The position numbers were made by a program, and so were the translations under genes. Positions 62,614-64,000 of a stretch of DNA of 64,000 bases are shown here, in pieces. Origin of the DNA: an uncultured Spirochaetales bacterium. Its GTDB lineage: Bacteria; Spirochaetota; Spirochaetia; Sphaerochaetales; Sphaerochaetaceae. The stretch is taken from positions 1,979 to 65,978 of the forward strand of contig CASEKE010000010.1 in assembly GCA_949288415.1 (NCBI GenBank), read 5' to 3'. The notes under the pieces are model-generated. The model was not told the DNA's origin and searched no databases. It saw only the letters and a program-made list of their open reading frames with translations. Position 1 is the stretch's first letter, and every line of letters begins with the position of its first letter.

Positions 62614-62633
62614 ATGCCCAATTTCTTGGGCAT
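62614..62633. other. Perfect hairpin in the ftsL-ftsW spacer
   Basis: ATGCCCAA, loop TTTC, TTGGGCAT. Followed by ATTTTTCT on plus and TTTGTGG on minus. Confidence 0.6.
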
Positions 62634-62678
62634 ATTTTTCTCGAATCGGAACCAGGATGTCAATCCGGGTTTTCTCAA

Positions 62679-62975
62679 TCAGACGTTCTTGTTCGCAATC
62701 ATTGCCAGCTCTTCGGACATGGAAGCAAGAATCACGTCGGAAGCGGCGCTGTTCCTGATGGATGCAATGGATGTCTTGATCATCCTCTCGTCCTCGGACA
62801 GCTCCATCATTCTTATCTTCTCATCCATTATCCTCATCTCGAGGCTATGGTTGACGCCTACCTGCCACAGAGGAAGGAATACAAGGGCGAAAACCACGAA
62901 GAAAACGGACATGATAAGAACCTTGTGATGTATCTTGAACCGTAAAACCCTGTCGTCGTTGAAAAAAGTCTTCAT
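62679..62975 (-). CDS. ftsL: FtsL-like small bitopic division protein
   Basis: 98 aa, one TM (VLIMSVFFVVFALVFLPLW), then a short coiled coil. 4-nt overlap with rsmH, in the position of ftsL. Confidence 0.7.
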   Translation of the reverse strand: MKTFFNDDRVLRFKIHHKVLIMSVFFVVFALVFLPLWQVGVNHSLEMRIMDEKIRMMELSEDERMIKTSIASIRNSAASDVILASMSEELAMIANKNV

Positions 62976-63865
62976 ATCTTCTCCACTATTCTCAGTTTTG
63001 CACTTCTGCTGGGCGAGTTTTCCTTCTCCTCAGCCTCCGTAGGAACGATCGGCTTTTTGGTGATTATCCGTATGTCGGAATTCTCTTTGGCCGCTCTCTC
63101 CTTGAAGAACCACTTGACGATCCTGTCCTCTAGGGAATGGAACGTTATCACACCTATTCTCCCGCCCGGTCTCAAGACCCGCACCGCATTCTCGAGCGCA
63201 GGAGAAATCCTGTCCAACTCATGATTCACCTCGATCCTCAGAGCCTGGAATGTCCTTGTCGAGGGACTGATCCTGCCATATCTGTATTCCTTCGGAACGG
63301 ATCGGCTTATGATGTTTGCAAGCTCGCTTGCAGTCTCTATCGCCTTTTCCTTCCTCGCTTCGCAGATTGCGCGCGCAATCCTTCGGGAATAGCGCTCCTC
63401 GCCGTATCGATATATGACGTCGGCAAGTTCCTCCTCGCCATATTCGTTGACTATCGTCCTGGCGCTGTTTTTCTGGTTCGAATCGAGTCTCATATCAAGA
63501 ACCTCGTCGGCCCTGAAGGAAAAACCGCGCCGGCTTTCCTCGTAATGGAAAATCGATATTCCAAGATCGAACAATATCAGATCCGCCGATTCGCTCTCTC
63601 GAAGAGCCAGGTAGTCGTCGAACCATGTATTGACCGGCTGGAACCGATCCTTGTAATCCTTGAACCTCTCGATCGCCTTCTTCTGGATTTCGCTGTCGCG
63701 ATCCAGTCCGATGACATTGAGATTTCTGTATTTCGAAAGGAAGAGCGCTGAATGGCCACCCTCCCCTGTCGTGCAGTCTATGAGCACGCGGCCTTCCTCG
63801 TCGGGAACGACAAGATTGTCCAGCACTTCCTGATGCATGACCGGGTAATGCAATATCTCCATCAT
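62972..63865 (-). CDS. rsmH: 16S rRNA (cytosine1402-N4)-methyltransferase RsmH (MraW)
   Basis: Start at ATG 63865 or 63862 (MMEILHYPVMHQEVL). SAM motif DCTTGEGGHS and FHSLEDR. ATGA overlap with the mraZ stop. Confidence 0.95.
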   Translation of the reverse strand: MMEILHYPVMHQEVLDNLVVPDEEGRVLIDCTTGEGGHSALFLSKYRNLNVIGLDRDSEIQKKAIERFKDYKDRFQPVNTWFDDYLALRESESADLILFDLGISIFHYEESRRGFSFRADEVLDMRLDSNQKNSARTIVNEYGEEELADVIYRYGEERYSRRIARAICEARKEKAIETASELANIISRSVPKEYRYGRISPSTRTFQALRIEVNHELDRISPALENAVRVLRPGGRIGVITFHSLEDRIVKWFFKERAAKENSDIRIITKKPIVPTEAEEKENSPSRSAKLRIVEKI

Positions 63866-64000
63866 TCCTCCGAGACAAGCGATTCGGCAAGATCGGATAT
63901 GCTGGTCGTATCTTCGTCCATATACCTGTCGTAGACCTCCGCATTCCATATCTCGATCGTGTAACCCGTGCCGACAAGCGTCACGTTGTTCTTTCCGGAC
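63862..64000 (-). CDS. mraZ: Transcriptional regulator MraZ, C-terminal fragment (5' end outside window)
   Basis: Own translation of the minus strand gives ...SGKNNVTLVGTGYTIEIWNAEVYDRYMDEDTTSISDLAESLVSEE, stop TGA 63862-63864. The V.GTG..IEIW motif and the position upstream of rsmH fit MraZ. Confidence 0.85.
   Translation of the reverse strand, partial: SGKNNVTLVGTGYTIEIWNAEVYDRYMDEDTTSISDLAESLVSEE

Overview
64-kb chromosomal window with about 85% of genes on the minus strand. Gene content and order look like a spirochaete core chromosome, but that assignment is inference only. Core genes include dnaG-rpoD, the ffh-rpsP-KH-rimM-trmD-rplS block, smc, rnhB, a bacterial PUR-alpha homolog, ppdK, an unlinked groES, secA and hslVU with Xer recombinases. 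A compact mraZ-rsmH-ftsL-ftsW-ftsQ-ftsA-ftsZ cluster closes the window. RNA genes are RNase P RNA (rnpB) and six tRNAs: Tyr-GTA, Gly-TCC, Glu-CTC twice, Gln-CTG and Thr-CGT. I saw no rRNA, CRISPR array, transposase, integrase or phage genes.

The left 9.3 kb (about 311-9650) is a sharp low-GC island. It carries two tandem paralogous lipoproteins of unknown family, a roughly 14% GC non-coding tract and an LMW phosphotyrosine phosphatase. It also carries a glycerophosphodiesterase/ABC-uptake operon and an unusual LacI-plus-solute-binding-protein fusion regulator.

Strongest leads:
1. A consensus-perfect sigma-54 promoter sits directly upstream of an RpoS-like sigma factor gene, with a PAS kinase and an NtrC-type sigma-54 activator 3 kb away. 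This resembles the Borrelia Rrp2-RpoN-RpoS cascade.
2. Cell-wall and motility genes look eroded. The division cluster has no ftsI or mur genes, a class-B PBP is truncated with its SxxK lysine lost, an M23 domain lacks its catalytic histidines, and flhF stands alone.
3. The LacI-SBP fusion and the lipoprotein pair in the island.

All start-codon refinements, tRNA folds, promoters and terminators were done by eye. GC values are hand counts on sample lines. No database search was possible.
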